A DNA stretch of 64,000 nt from Mobula hypostoma. Lineage: Eukaryota. Both the position numbers and the translations under genes were made by a program. The notes under the pieces were generated by a model that was not told the origin of the DNA, made no database searches, and saw nothing but the letters and a program-made list of their open reading frames with translations. Shown here piece by piece: positions 13,001-23,492 of this stretch (position 1 is its first letter; the number at the start of each line of letters is the position of its first letter). Location of the stretch: assembly GCF_963921235.1 (NCBI RefSeq), contig NC_086107.1:116190001-116254000 (forward strand), read 5' to 3'.

Positions 13001-13893
13001 TGTGCCTATCCAAATATTTATAAGCATATCCGGTCCTTTAGACTATCTCTGCCTTGAAGCTCAGGATGATTTCAATCTCTCTGTTGGCGCTCCTGCGATA
13101 GCACTTGCCTCCCACAGCAACAGGCCCTTCAGCCCATCTAGTCCATTCCAACCTGGTCTTCGCCTACTCCCATCGAACACCTCGTCAGGGGACTTATCCA
13201 CCCTGATTTGCCTCAAGACAACACTCCACCCCAGCAGAGCGAGGCCACTCACAGGTTGGGATCAGCCCCGTTACTCAGCAGCAGATGGACCAGGTCCGAA
13301 TGCCCCTGAGTGGCAGCGACGTAGAGGGGCGATTCGCCGGCGCTGTTCCTCACGTCCGGTGGACAACCTGCAACACCAGAGCAGCCAGTCACCAGGTGAC
13401 GGGAGAGATCAGTGCCCAGGGTCAGGGGTCAGTGACAGGAGAGAGGTCCCTGGGGTCAGGGGTCAGGGGTACGGACCATGTCAATGACTGGGATCAGGGG
13501 GTGGGAAAAGGTCAGTCTTGGGTCAAGGAGAGGGGTCAGGGGTCGGTGGAGGCGAGAGGTCAGTGCCCGTGATCAGGGATAGGTGGGGGTGAAGTCAGTG
13601 TGATAGTTCACATATCGGGGAGGGGAAGGTGGGGGTGAAGTCAGTGTGATAGTTCACGGATCAGGGGAGGGGAACAGTCAGTGCCTGGGCTCGGGGGTGA
13701 GGGAAGAGTTCAGAGGGCAGGGGGCAGGGTTCAGGGTAAGGAGGGATGCTAAAAGCCCATCAGGACCTTGGGCCAGCAGCCTCTCCATCTGCCGCCGCCT
13801 GCCCCGCTGGGCGCAGAGATGCAGGAGGGCTTCATCCACCTCCAGATCCTGGGTCGAACCTAACCGCTCCAGGCAGCCCTGTGACAGCGTCAT
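868..13893 (-). CDS. TEX14-like ankyrin-repeat (pseudo)kinase gene, 5' part (5 coding exons, 206 codons; continues beyond left edge)
   Basis: Exons 13893-13767, 13367-13253, 11139-10974, 10201-10050 and 925-868, all GT-AG with phases 1,2,0,2,0 and no stops. ATG is in a CCACCATG Kozak context. Product: MTLSQGCLERLG...LLHLCAQRGRRRQMERLLAQG-CPPDVRNSAGESPLYVAATQGHSDLVHLLLSNGADPNL-RCHRGSTPVHAATLSCLPDALATLLDTGGDLRLHDSLGRSPEDWA...-VLELLSHYRVRMSQLI...-THSFGFGK. This matches recalled human TEX14 motifs (DPNHRCFDGSTPVHAAAFS, LLDAGGDLRLHDERG, IVEFMQRCASHMQAII, YSFGFGK). Confidence 0.88.
1038..1099. repeat. (CG)n(CA)n microsatellite
   Basis: gcgcgcgcgcgc followed by (ca)n. Confidence 0.95.
1215..1790 (+). 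mobile_element. Degenerate CR1 LINE 3' fragment
   Basis: Remnants of EQRDPGVH, YKTLVR, IDRVDSQ. Confidence 0.75.
2296..9362. repeat. 7-kb VNTR, ~32 bp unit (CACTAACTCTGCTGGTGTGGACAGGGAGACCA), with higher-order duplications
   Basis: About 220 tandem units of 30-35 bp; variant blocks recur at ~1.55 kb and ~2.5 kb offsets. Confidence 0.97.
9365..10020 (+). mobile_element. Degenerate CR1 3' end fragments
   Basis: Typical CR1 3' sequence (aggagactgaggggtgacct..., gagctgccagaag). Confidence 0.65.
10050..10201 (-). CDS. TEX14-like coding exon 4
   Basis: ccccag| acceptor, AG|gtaggt donor; open 152 nt; VLELLSHYRVRMSQLI aligns with the TEX14 post-ankyrin helix. Confidence 0.8.
10974..11139 (-). CDS. 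TEX14-like coding exon 3 (ankyrin repeat 3)
   Basis: ctctag| acceptor, AAG|gtaggg donor; encodes GSTPVHAAT...LLDTGGDLRLHD. Confidence 0.92.
11290..11800 (+). mobile_element. Degenerate Rex1/Babar-like LINE 3' fragment
   Basis: Remnants of the RT C-terminus (ctcttctccccactgccatccggcaga = LFSPLPSGR). Confidence 0.6.
11835..13030 (-). mobile_element. CR1 LINE fragment (RT)
   Basis: QHGFV..SCLTNLTEFFE, VTSGVPQ, ISKFADDTK. Confidence 0.88.
13253..13367 (-). CDS. TEX14-like coding exon 2 (ankyrin repeat 2)
   Basis: ttgcag| acceptor, |gtgagt donor; encodes GESPLYVAATQGHSDLVHLLLSNGADPN, a canonical ankyrin repeat. Confidence 0.9.
13767..13893 (-). CDS. TEX14-like first coding exon (ankyrin repeat 1)
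   Basis: Kozak ATG at 13893; 127 nt; donor CAAG|GTCCTG is weak but phase-compatible with the next exon. Confidence 0.75.
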
Positions 13894-13959
13894 GGTGGAT
13901 CGCACGGTTGCCGGGATGGGATGGGAAGGGAGGAGCACGGGGTGTGGGGGGGGGAGGGC

Positions 13960-14492
13960 TGTCAGCAGAGAGCACAGGAAGATTCCACAGTGGGGTGGGT
14001 AGCAGAGAGCTTGGGAAGATCCCACAGTGAGGAGTGGGTAATGGAGAGCACAGGAAGATCCCACAGTGAGGAATGGGTAGTCAGCAGAGAGCACAGGAAG
14101 ATCCCACAGTGAGGAATGGGTAGTCAGCAGAGAGCACGGGAAGATCCCACAGTGGGGAGTGGGTAACGGAGAGCACAGGAAGATCCCACAGAGAGGAATG
14201 GGTAGTCAGCAGAGAGCACGGGAAGATCCCACACTGGGGAGTGGGTAACGGAGAGCACAGGAAGATCCCACAGTGAGGAATGGGTAGTCAGCAGAGAGCA
14301 CGGGAAGATCCCACAGTGGGGAGTGGGTAACGGAGAGCACAGGAAGATCCCACAGTGAGGAATGGGTAGTCAGCAGAGAGCACGGGAAGATCCCACAGTG
14401 GGGAGTGGGTAACGGAGAGCACAGAAAGATCCCACAGTGAGGAATGGGTAGTCAGCAGAGAGCACGGGAAGATCCCACAGTGGGGAGTGGGT
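13960..14492. repeat. Minisatellite with alternating 39/43-bp units upstream of the TEX14-like ATG
   Basis: GAGAGCAC(A/G)GGAAGATCCCACAGTG... repeated ~13 times. Confidence 0.93.
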
Positions 14493-14519
14493 GAGTAGCC
14501 GGAGGGCAGTGTCCCCCCC

Positions 14520-15210
14520 CACCCCGGGGCGCCGTTTGGCCGAGGTTTTTCCTCAGTGAGACGTCAGTCCCGTCGCGTTTCCACTCCGCTCCCGCCCGGA
14601 TGACGTCGATGCCCCGCCCCCTCCAAACGGCTCCCCTGATGACATCAGATCCAGCAGCTCCCCGTGACGTCACGCCGACCCCTCCCTTCTCCGTGACCTC
14701 AGATATTGCTTCCTAGGTAACGATGATGTCATCGCGTCCAAATTACTCCGTGACACGTGACGTCTTCCCCCTCATCCAACCGATCAACAGCCCTCGCCTA
14801 CTCCAAATATATCCCCGTGACGGCATATCAGTCCCTAAACCGCTTTTGTGCCTTATTTTCGACAGACTCTCGGTTCTCTCGACGTCGTCGCCTTTCGCTG
14901 GCGCTCATTCTGGAGTGAGAGAAACTTTGTGGAGATTGGGGTGGGTGAGCGCGTCACCTCAGGGAGCAGGCGCAGTTGGAGCCAACCGGGGCGGGAAGGG
15001 AAGACGTATGCGCACTTGCTCGACAGCCGGCGTCGGAGCGAAAAGCGCGCGGAGACATCAGTCTGCATCGCTGATTGGTGGATATGGGAGGCGGCCAAGA
15101 ATTATTTGCTGATTAGTGGACAGTGTGGCGCGTCTTCAGTGATTGGACGAGGCCACCCAGCCCTCTTCAGTGATTGGACAAACTCTCTCGTCGTCCGTCA
15201 GCCGCTGATC
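14520..15210 (-). promoter_or_regulatory. CpG-island promoter (probably of the TEX14-like gene) with a CRE cluster, an RFX X-box-like site, GC boxes and CCAAT boxes
   Basis: CpG-rich; perfect TGACGTCA at 14665-14672 plus ~6 CRE variants; GCTTCCTAGGTAAC at 14708-14721; TGATTGG three times between 15072 and 15177. Confidence 0.7.
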
Positions 15211-15654
15211 AGTAGAGACTATTAGTCCCCCGGATAGGTCAACTCGAAACCATTCAGCCCGTCCACTCTGCTAGCCCATTCCCACAAGCTCTTCGGCGCT
15301 CAGTATTCCAGAACCAAAGGATCTACTGTTTCTCTCCTAAAGGACACTGTCGAGACCCCCTGCGCGACACTCCAACCAGGTTGCACAGAAACAAATATTC
15401 GGCCCATCCATTCAATGCCAGCCCAGATTTCCACCTGAGCCAGTCCCATTTGCCCTCATATGTACCTTCATAAGTGTCACTTATATTTTGATGAGGAGGC
15501 ATACAGGATTGAGATAACTCAACAACCTTGCACTTGACGCCTGTGAGACCAAGGAACTGATTGTGGCCTTCAGGAAGGGGAAGTCAGAGGAGAACACACA
15601 CCAGTCGTCATCAAGGGGTCAGCAGTGGGAAGGGTGGGCAGCCTGAAGTTCCTT

Positions 15655-16185
15655 CAGAGAGAGAGCTTCTGACAGGTCGGAAAGAAGAGATTAAAAAAGG
15701 AGCGTTTCACGGGGCTAGGCGCATTCCCAGCGGGCCAGCCGATTGGGAGAGAGAGTGAGCTTCGCACAGGTCGGGAAGAAATGTGCAGACGCAGTATCTT
15801 GTCATCGTGCAAGGACGCTGAGAAAACTCCGAAATAAAAGAGAGGCACTGTCTAGCGGTGCAGTCGTCGAAGGAGCCGTCGTCGGAGTAGTGTAAGTCAG
15901 AGAAGTAAGGCTTTGGCTCATCGGGACTTCGGCATGGATGGGCTGAGACGAGGTAAGTTACTTTGCCCCCGCCCCTACCCCTAACAATAATAGTGGGTAT
16001 GACTGTGAGGCCAGTTTTCTGTTCTGGGTGCCAGATGTGGAATGTCCAGGAGACTTCCAGCCTCCCTGATGGCCACATCTGCACCAGGTGCATCAAGATA
16101 GGGAACTGGAGCTGCAGCTCGATGACCTTTGGGATAGTGAGGATGTGATAGACAGAAACTACAGGCAGGTGGGTAGTCACCCCGT
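15655..16185 (+). mobile_element. CR1 5'UTR and ORF1 N-terminus (Cys-rich finger), 3'-truncated
   Basis: MTVRPVFCSGCQMW...DGHICTRC resembles the CR1 ORF1 start. Confidence 0.7.
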
Positions 16186-16734
16186 GTCTGTGAATATCGT
16201 GTCACTGACCCTCTGTGTCTGTGAATATTGTGTCACTCACACTCTGTACACACAGACTTACACATCTGACAAGAAACTTCACTTTGACTTCGAGTTTTCT
16301 TTTTCCTTCCCTCTCTCCTCACCTTGTCCCCCTTTGCCTTTCCCTCCCACTCCTCCCTCACTCATCATATTTGATGTGTTTCCTGTCAATGTTATCATGT
16401 CGGATGATCTGTACTGGAACCAGCTTGCAAGTTCCATCGTAAAGAAAGCGTCTCTACTTTCTGAGAAGTTTATATAAATTCAGCAAGTCACCACAAGCTT
16501 TGACAAACTTCTGCAGCTGCACAGGGGAGCATATCCTGAGTGGTTGCTGCACAGCAATGGAAAAGCCGACACAAAGTGGTTGTCTGAGCAGATGTACAGT
16601 GGTATGCAAAAGTTTGGGCACCCCTGGTCAAAATTTATGTCACTGTGAATAGTTAAGTGGGTAGAAGATGAACTGATCTCCAAAAGTCATAAACTTAAAG
16701 ATCAAACATTCTTTTCAACATTTTAAACAAGATT

Positions 16735-19700
16735 ACATAGAACATAGAATAGTACAGCACAGTACAGGCCCTTCGGCCCACAATGTTGTGCCGACCCTCA
16801 AACCCTGCCTCCCATATAAGCCCCCACCTTAGATTTCTCCATATACCTGTCTAGTAGTCTCTTAAATTTCACCAGTGTATCTGCCTCCACCACTGACTCA
16901 GGCAGTGTATTCCACGCACCAACCACTCTCCGAGTAAAAGACCTTCCTCTAATATCCCCCTTGAACTTCCCACCCCTTACCTTAAAGCCGTGTCCTCTTG
17001 TATTGAGCAGTGGTGCCCTGGGGAAGAGGTGCTGGCTATCCACTCTATCTATTCCTCTTATTATCTTGTACACCTCTATCATGTCTCTTCTCATCCTCCC
17101 TCTCTCCAGAGAGTAAAGCCCTAGCTCCCTTAATCTCTGATCGTAATCCACACTCTCTAAACCAGGCAGCATCGTGGTAAATCTCCTCTGTACCCTTTCC
17201 AACGCTTCCACATCCTTCCTATAGTGAGGGGACCAGAACTGGACACAGTACTCCAAGTGTGGCCTAACCAGAGTTTTATAGAGCTGAATCATTACATCGC
17301 GACTCTTAAACTCTATCCCTCGACTTCTGAAACCTAACACCCCATAAGCTTTCTTAACTACCCTATCTACCTGTGAGGCAACTTTCAGGGATCTGTGGAC
17401 ATGTACCCCGAGATCCCTCTCCTCCTCCACACTACCAAGTATCCTGCCATTTACTTTGTACTCTGCCTTGCAGTTTGTCCTTCCAAAGTGTACCACCTCA
17501 CACTTCTCCAGGTTAAACTTCATCTGCCACTTCTCAGCCCACTTCTGCATCCTATCATTGTCTCTCTGCAATCTTCAACAATCCTCTACACTATCTACAA
17601 CACCACCAACCTTTGTGTCATCTGCAAACTTGCCAACCCACCCTTCTATCCCCACATCCAGGTTGTTAATAAAAATCACGAAAAGTGGAGGTCCCAGAAC
17701 AGATCCTTGTGGGACACCACTAGTCACAATTCTCCAGTCTGAATGTACTCCCTCCACCACCACCCTCTGCCTTCTGCAGGCAAGCCAATTCTGAATCCAC
17801 CTGGCCAAACTTCCCTGGATCCCATGCCTTCTGATTTTAGTGTGGAACCTTGTCAAATGCCTTACTAAGATCCATATAGATCACATCCACTGCACTACCC
17901 TCATCTATATGCCTGGTCACCTCCTCAAAGAACTCTATCAGGCTTGTCAGACATGATCTGCCCTTCACAAAGCCATGCTGACTGTCCCTAATCAGACCAT
18001 GATTCTCTAAATGCCCATAGATCCTATCTCTAAGAATCTTTTCCAACAGCTTTCCCACCACAGACGTAAGGCTCACTGGTCTATAATTACCCTGACTATC
18101 CCTACTACCTTTTTTGAAAATGGGGACAACATTTGCCTCCCTCCAATCCTCCGGTACCATTCCCATGGACAATGAGGACATAAAGATCCTAGCCAGAGGC
18201 TCAGCAATCTCTTCTCTCGCCTCATGGAGCAGCCTGGGGAATATTCCGTCAGGCCCTGGGGACTTATCTGTCCTAATGTATTTTAACAACCCCAACACCT
18301 CCTCTCCCTTAATATCAGCATGCTCCAGAACATCAACCTCACTCATATTGTCCTCACCATCATCAAGTTCCCTCTCATTGGTGAATACCGAAGAGAAGTA
18401 TTCATTGAGGACCTCGCTCACTTCCACAGCCTCCAGGCACATCTTCCCACCTTTATCTATAATCAGTCCTACCTTCACTCCTGTCATCCTTTTTTTCTTT
18501 ACATAATTGAAGAATGCCTTGGGGTTTTCCTTTACCCTACTCGCCAAGGCCTTCTCGTGCCCCCTTCTTGCTCTCCTCAGTCCCTTCTTAAGCTCCTTTC
18601 TTGTTTCCCTATATTCCTCAATAGACCCATCTGATCCTTGCTTCCTAAACCTCATGTATGCTGCCTTCTTCCACCTGACTAGATTTTCCACCTCACTTGT
18701 CCCCCATGGTTCCTTCACCCTACCATTCTTTATCTTCCTCACCGGGACAAATTTATCCCTAACATCCTGCAAGAGATCTCTAAACATCGACCACATGTCC
18801 ATAATACATTTCCCTGCAGAAACATCATCTCAATTCACACCCGCAAGTTCTAGCCTTATAGCCTCATAATTTGCTCTTCCCCAATTAAAAATTTTCCTGT
18901 CCTCTCTGATTCTATCCTTTTCCATGATAATGCTAAAGGCCAGGGAGCGGTGGTCACTGTCCCCCAGATGCTCACCCACTGAGAGGTCTGTGACCTGACC
19001 CGGTTCATTACCTAGTACTAGATCTAGAATGGCATTCCCCCTGGTCGACCTGTCAACATACTGTGACAGGAATCCGTCCTGGACACACTTAACAAACTCT
19101 GCCCCGTCTAAACCGTTGGATCTAATCAGGTGCCAATCAATATTAGGGAAGTTAAAGTCACCCATGATAACAACCCTATTATTTTTGCACCTTTCCAAAA
19201 TCTGCCTTCCAATCTGCTCCTCTGTATCTCTGCTGCTACCAGGGGGCCTATAGAATACCCCCAGTAGAGTAACTGCTCCCTTCCTGTTCCTGACTTCCAC
19301 CCATATTGACTCAAAAGAGGATCCTGCTACATTACCCACCCTTTCTGTAGCTGTAATAGTATCCCTGACCAGAAATGCCACCCCTCCTCCCCTTTTGCCC
19401 CCTCTCTATCCCTTTTAAAACACTGAAATCCAGGAATATTGAGAATCCATTCCTGCCCTGGTGCCAGCCAAGTCTCTGTAATGGCCACTACATCATAATT
19501 CCATGTATGTATCCAGGCTCTCAGTTCATCACCTTTGTTCCTGATGCTTCTTGCATTGAGGTACACACATTTCAGCCCTTCTACCTTACTGTCTTTACAC
19601 CTTTTATTCTGCTTCTCTTTCCTCGAAGCCTCTCTGTATGTTAGATCTGGCTTTACTCCATGCACTTCTTTCACTGCTCTACAGCTCTGGGTCCCACCGC

Positions 19701-20372
19701 CCTCGCAAATTAGTTTAAACCCTCCCGAACCATGCTAGCAAACCTACCTGCAAGGATATTGCTCCCCCTCGAGTTCAGGTGCAACCCATCCAATCTGTAC
19801 AGGTCCCACCTTCCCCAGAAGAGATCCCAATGATCCAAAAATCTAAAACCCTGCTCCCTGCACCAACTCCTCAGCCACGCATTCAACTGCCATCTCCTCC
19901 AATTCTTACCATCACTGTCACGTAGCACTGTCAGCAATCCTGAGAACGTCACCCTTGAGGTCCTGTTCTTCAGCCTTCTGCCTAGTTCCCGAAACTCACA
20001 TTTCAGGACCTCATCCCTCTTCCTGCCTATGTCGTTGGTACCAACATGTATCACGACTTCTGGCTGCTTTCCCTCTCGTACCAGGATGTCGTGCACCTGG
20101 TCGGAGACATCCCGGATCCTGGCACCCGGGAGGCAACAAACCAGGCGGGTGTCCTTCTCATGTCCACAAAATCTCCTGTCTGCTCCCCTGACTATAGAGT
20201 CTCCAATGACGACAGCTCTCCTCTTCTCCGTCCCACCCTTCTGCACCACAGGGTCAGACTCAGTGCCGGAGGCCCTGCCACCGTGGCTCACACCTGGTCG
20301 GTCGTCCCCGCCAACAGTATCCAGGACGGTAAACTGGATTCAGGGCAATGGCTACGGGGGTGCTCTGCACTG
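16735..20372 (-). mobile_element. CR1 LINE, nearly full length (ORF1 SGNH esterase and ORF2 EN-RT, frameshifted), inserted in Tc1
   Basis: ORF1 19710-20291 (VIGDSIVR, HVGTND, DGLHL); ORF2 pieces YLNARS/ITETW, GDFN, SDH, KFADDTK; (TTCTATG) tail. Confidence 0.95.
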
Positions 20373-21066
20373 AATAATTGTCCCAACAATCAGCAACCAT
20401 GGGCTCCTCTAAGCAGCTGCCTTGCACTCTGAAAATTAAAAGAGATGATGCCCACAAAGCAGGAGAAGGCTATAAGAAGATAGCAAAGCGTTTACAGGTA
20501 GCCGTTTCCTCAGTTCATAACGTAATTAGGAAATGGCAGTTAACAGGAACGGTGGAGGTCAAGTTGAGGTCTGGAAGATCAAGAAAATTTTCTGTGAGAA
20601 CTGCTCGTAGGACTGCTAGAAAGGCAAATCAAAACCTCCGTTTGACTGCAAAAGACCTTCAAGAAGATTTAGCAGACTTTGGAGTGGTGGTGCACTGTTC
20701 TACTGTGCAACGACACTGAACAAATATGATCTTCGTGGAAGAGTCATCAGAAGAAAACCTTTCCTGCGTCCTCACCACAAAATTCAGCGTCAGAAGTTTG
20801 CAAAGGAATATCTAACCAAGCCTGATGCATTTTGGAAACAAGTCCTAGGGACTGATGAAGTTAAAATAGAACTTTTTGGCCACAATGAGTAAGGTATGTT
20901 TGGAGAAAAAAGGGTGCAGAATTTCACGAAAAGAACACTTTTCCAACCATTAAGCACGGGGGTGGATCAAACATGCTTTGGGCTTGTGTTGAAGCCAGTG
21001 GCACGGGGAACGTTTTACTGGTAGAAGGAGAGAATGAATTCAATTAAATACCAGCAAATTCTGGAA

Positions 21067-21403
21067 ACAATCCGGGTCACTTTACGATCGAGGAACGTGT
21101 TTGTAGACCGGATATTGAACTGTTTGCTGTTGGACTCCGGCCATATTGCACTGAAATACAACACTGGGCGGCACGGGAGGTCGTTCCTGCCTGCGGCCAT
21201 CAAATGTGCAGCTCCTCCCATGGAGGGTCAGACACCCTGAGCCAATAGACTGGTCCTGGACTTATTTTCCATCTGGCATAGTTTGCATTTTGTTGTTTGA
21301 TTGTTTGTGGTTTTTGTATTGCTATATTTATACTCTATTCTTGGTTGGTGCGGCTGTAACGAAACCCAATTTCCCTCGGGATCAATAAAGTATATCTATC
21401 TAT
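21067..21403 (+). mobile_element. Short internally deleted Rex1/Babar derivative inserted in the Tc1 transposase
   Basis: Interrupts YQQILE|NFTPSVKKL; endonuclease-like piece (ELFAVGLRPY) joined to a 3' end (RSFLPAAIK); AATAAA and (TATC)n tail. Confidence 0.7.
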
Positions 21404-21577
21404 CAAACTTCACACCGTCTGTAAAAAAGCTGAAGATGAAAAGACGATGGCTTCTACAACAGGATAATGATCCTAAACACACCTCAAAATCCACAATGGA
21501 TTACCTCAAGAGACGTAAGCTGAAGGTTTTGCCATGGCCCTCACAGTCCCCTGACCTAAACATCATTGAATATCTGT

Positions 21578-22482
21578 TGTTACGTACCCCGTAACTGGGT
21601 TGCCAAACCAGCAGAAATGGACCACTCAGTTGGAGTCTGGATTACTGGAACTAAGGAAGTTTTATTAGAGAAATAAGCAACACAGTACTCTAATAGAAAG
21701 GATATAAATGCAACAGGTTAGCAATGAATAAACACACATGTACACAGAACTAGGATAATAGGGTCAATCAAGCTCTATCGCAGTCTAGGGGTAAGATGAT
21801 CAATCACAAGTGACAGAGTTCAGTTTAGTTCAGTTCGCAGTAATCACCGTCGTGCTGTTGGAGAGAGAGAAAGAACGAATGAATACGCAAATGGGATTCC
21901 AAACAGACCTTCGATATTCCTCGCAGTTAGCTTTTGGGTGAGCCCTTTGTAATGTCTTCTGAGGTCACCAACTGTGACCCCTCCATTCCAGACACGATTG
22001 TTCTTCAGCGGTGAACCTGGCACCCAGGCAAGGGTGGACACACACACCAGGTTCCCGCCGACCGTATCTGTCCACCCTGTGCGTCTATGGCTGGTCCCGC
22101 GACCAGACCTCCAAAACACTCACCAACTTGTGGGGGCGCACCGCTTCCAGGGTCTCGTTACCTCGTGGTGTCGTGTGTCGTGGTGTCTGTTGCCTTAGCG
22201 AACCTGTCCCTTTTTATCCCCCTGCTGGGGTATCGCCTGTCCATCACACTTCAAACAGTTCAGGGTTCAAAAGGAGCCGGTCTTGACAACACTCAGACCA
22301 GTGTCTCCTTCCGTTAAACTCTCTCATCTCTTCATTAACATTTCCAAATGCTGCTCCATTGTCTTACTTATCTCTCTTTCTCCTGAAGACAGGTGGCAGA
22401 TCAACTGCTGATCCCACTGGTGCCAGCACAGGACAGCTAACATCTTAGTCTATGTGTACTTTTGTAACCCTCTTTTGTCACA
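21578..22482 (-). repeat. 3' LTR
   Basis: Direct repeat of 25550-26427; adjacent to a polypurine tract. Confidence 0.95.
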
Positions 22483-23492
22483 CCCCTTCCCTTTAAGGAT
22501 TTTTACCGGGGTAAAAACTATAAGCATGAATATATTATTAGATACACACAAATATACATCTTCATCAGCTATTTGGCTAATACAGAGAATTTTAAGTTGT
22601 CAACACCTGACAGACAGTCAGCAATCACACTTTCCGTTCCTTTTATATGTGTTATTTTAATAATCCTCTAAACCAGGCTCCAACTTAGCAAACTTCATAG
22701 TGGCTGAAAACACTGATGAATTGTGATCAATGTAACCTCTCATTGGGTTTCGTCCCGGACCACGATGACAAGGGTCGTCCCATCCCGACTTAGTTTTCTT
22801 TCGCAAGGGCTTTGTAGGAGGGGGAGGGGTAATACCTGCAAAGTTATTGCAAAACTTCCTACAGTACCCCACCATCTCCAAGAGCCTTCTGAGGGCCCTC
22901 TTGTCTGTCGGGGTTGGAATGTCAGAGATAGCCCGCACCTTAGCTTGCATCGCTGCCAGCTGCCCCTGTGTTACCACAATTCCCAGATAAGTGACCTTCG
23001 TGTGGCCAAACTCATTTTTTTCAAGGTTCACTATCAAGCTGGCTTCAGACAGCCGTATTACATCGCCAATATACACTTCTGTGTTCTTTAGTCCTTTTGT
23101 CACTGAATTACTCATTCTATAGGGTTGTTGCTCACTAGGCTGACCTAGCGTGACAAACACCACCCAACGTCCCAGTTCTTTGCATCACCTCGGGACAATC
23201 AAACACACGTGTGCGAGCCGTTTAATTAGCTCTCCTAAAGGGTCGCTTTGTTCAGGGATTAAGGGAGAGGCCTTATCAGCAGAGCTGGCCAAAACAATAG
23301 CCTTCTCCCATCTGGTCGGTACCATACTCATCTTTTCAAAATGGTTTTTCCCCTTATTAGGGGGACCCTAGCTTCATTGATTTCCGCGCTAACACCGACT
23401 AGGTTTGTTAGCATATCAAAAGCTTGTGACCGTCTCAGTTTGCATCTGCAATAATCAATAATATCCCTCCTCCTGTGCAGAGTAAAACTCTT

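Noticed and set aside
19710..20291. SGNH/GDSL esterase as a captured host enzyme
   Set aside because: An esterase domain is a known part of CR1 ORF1; it lies directly upstream of ORF2
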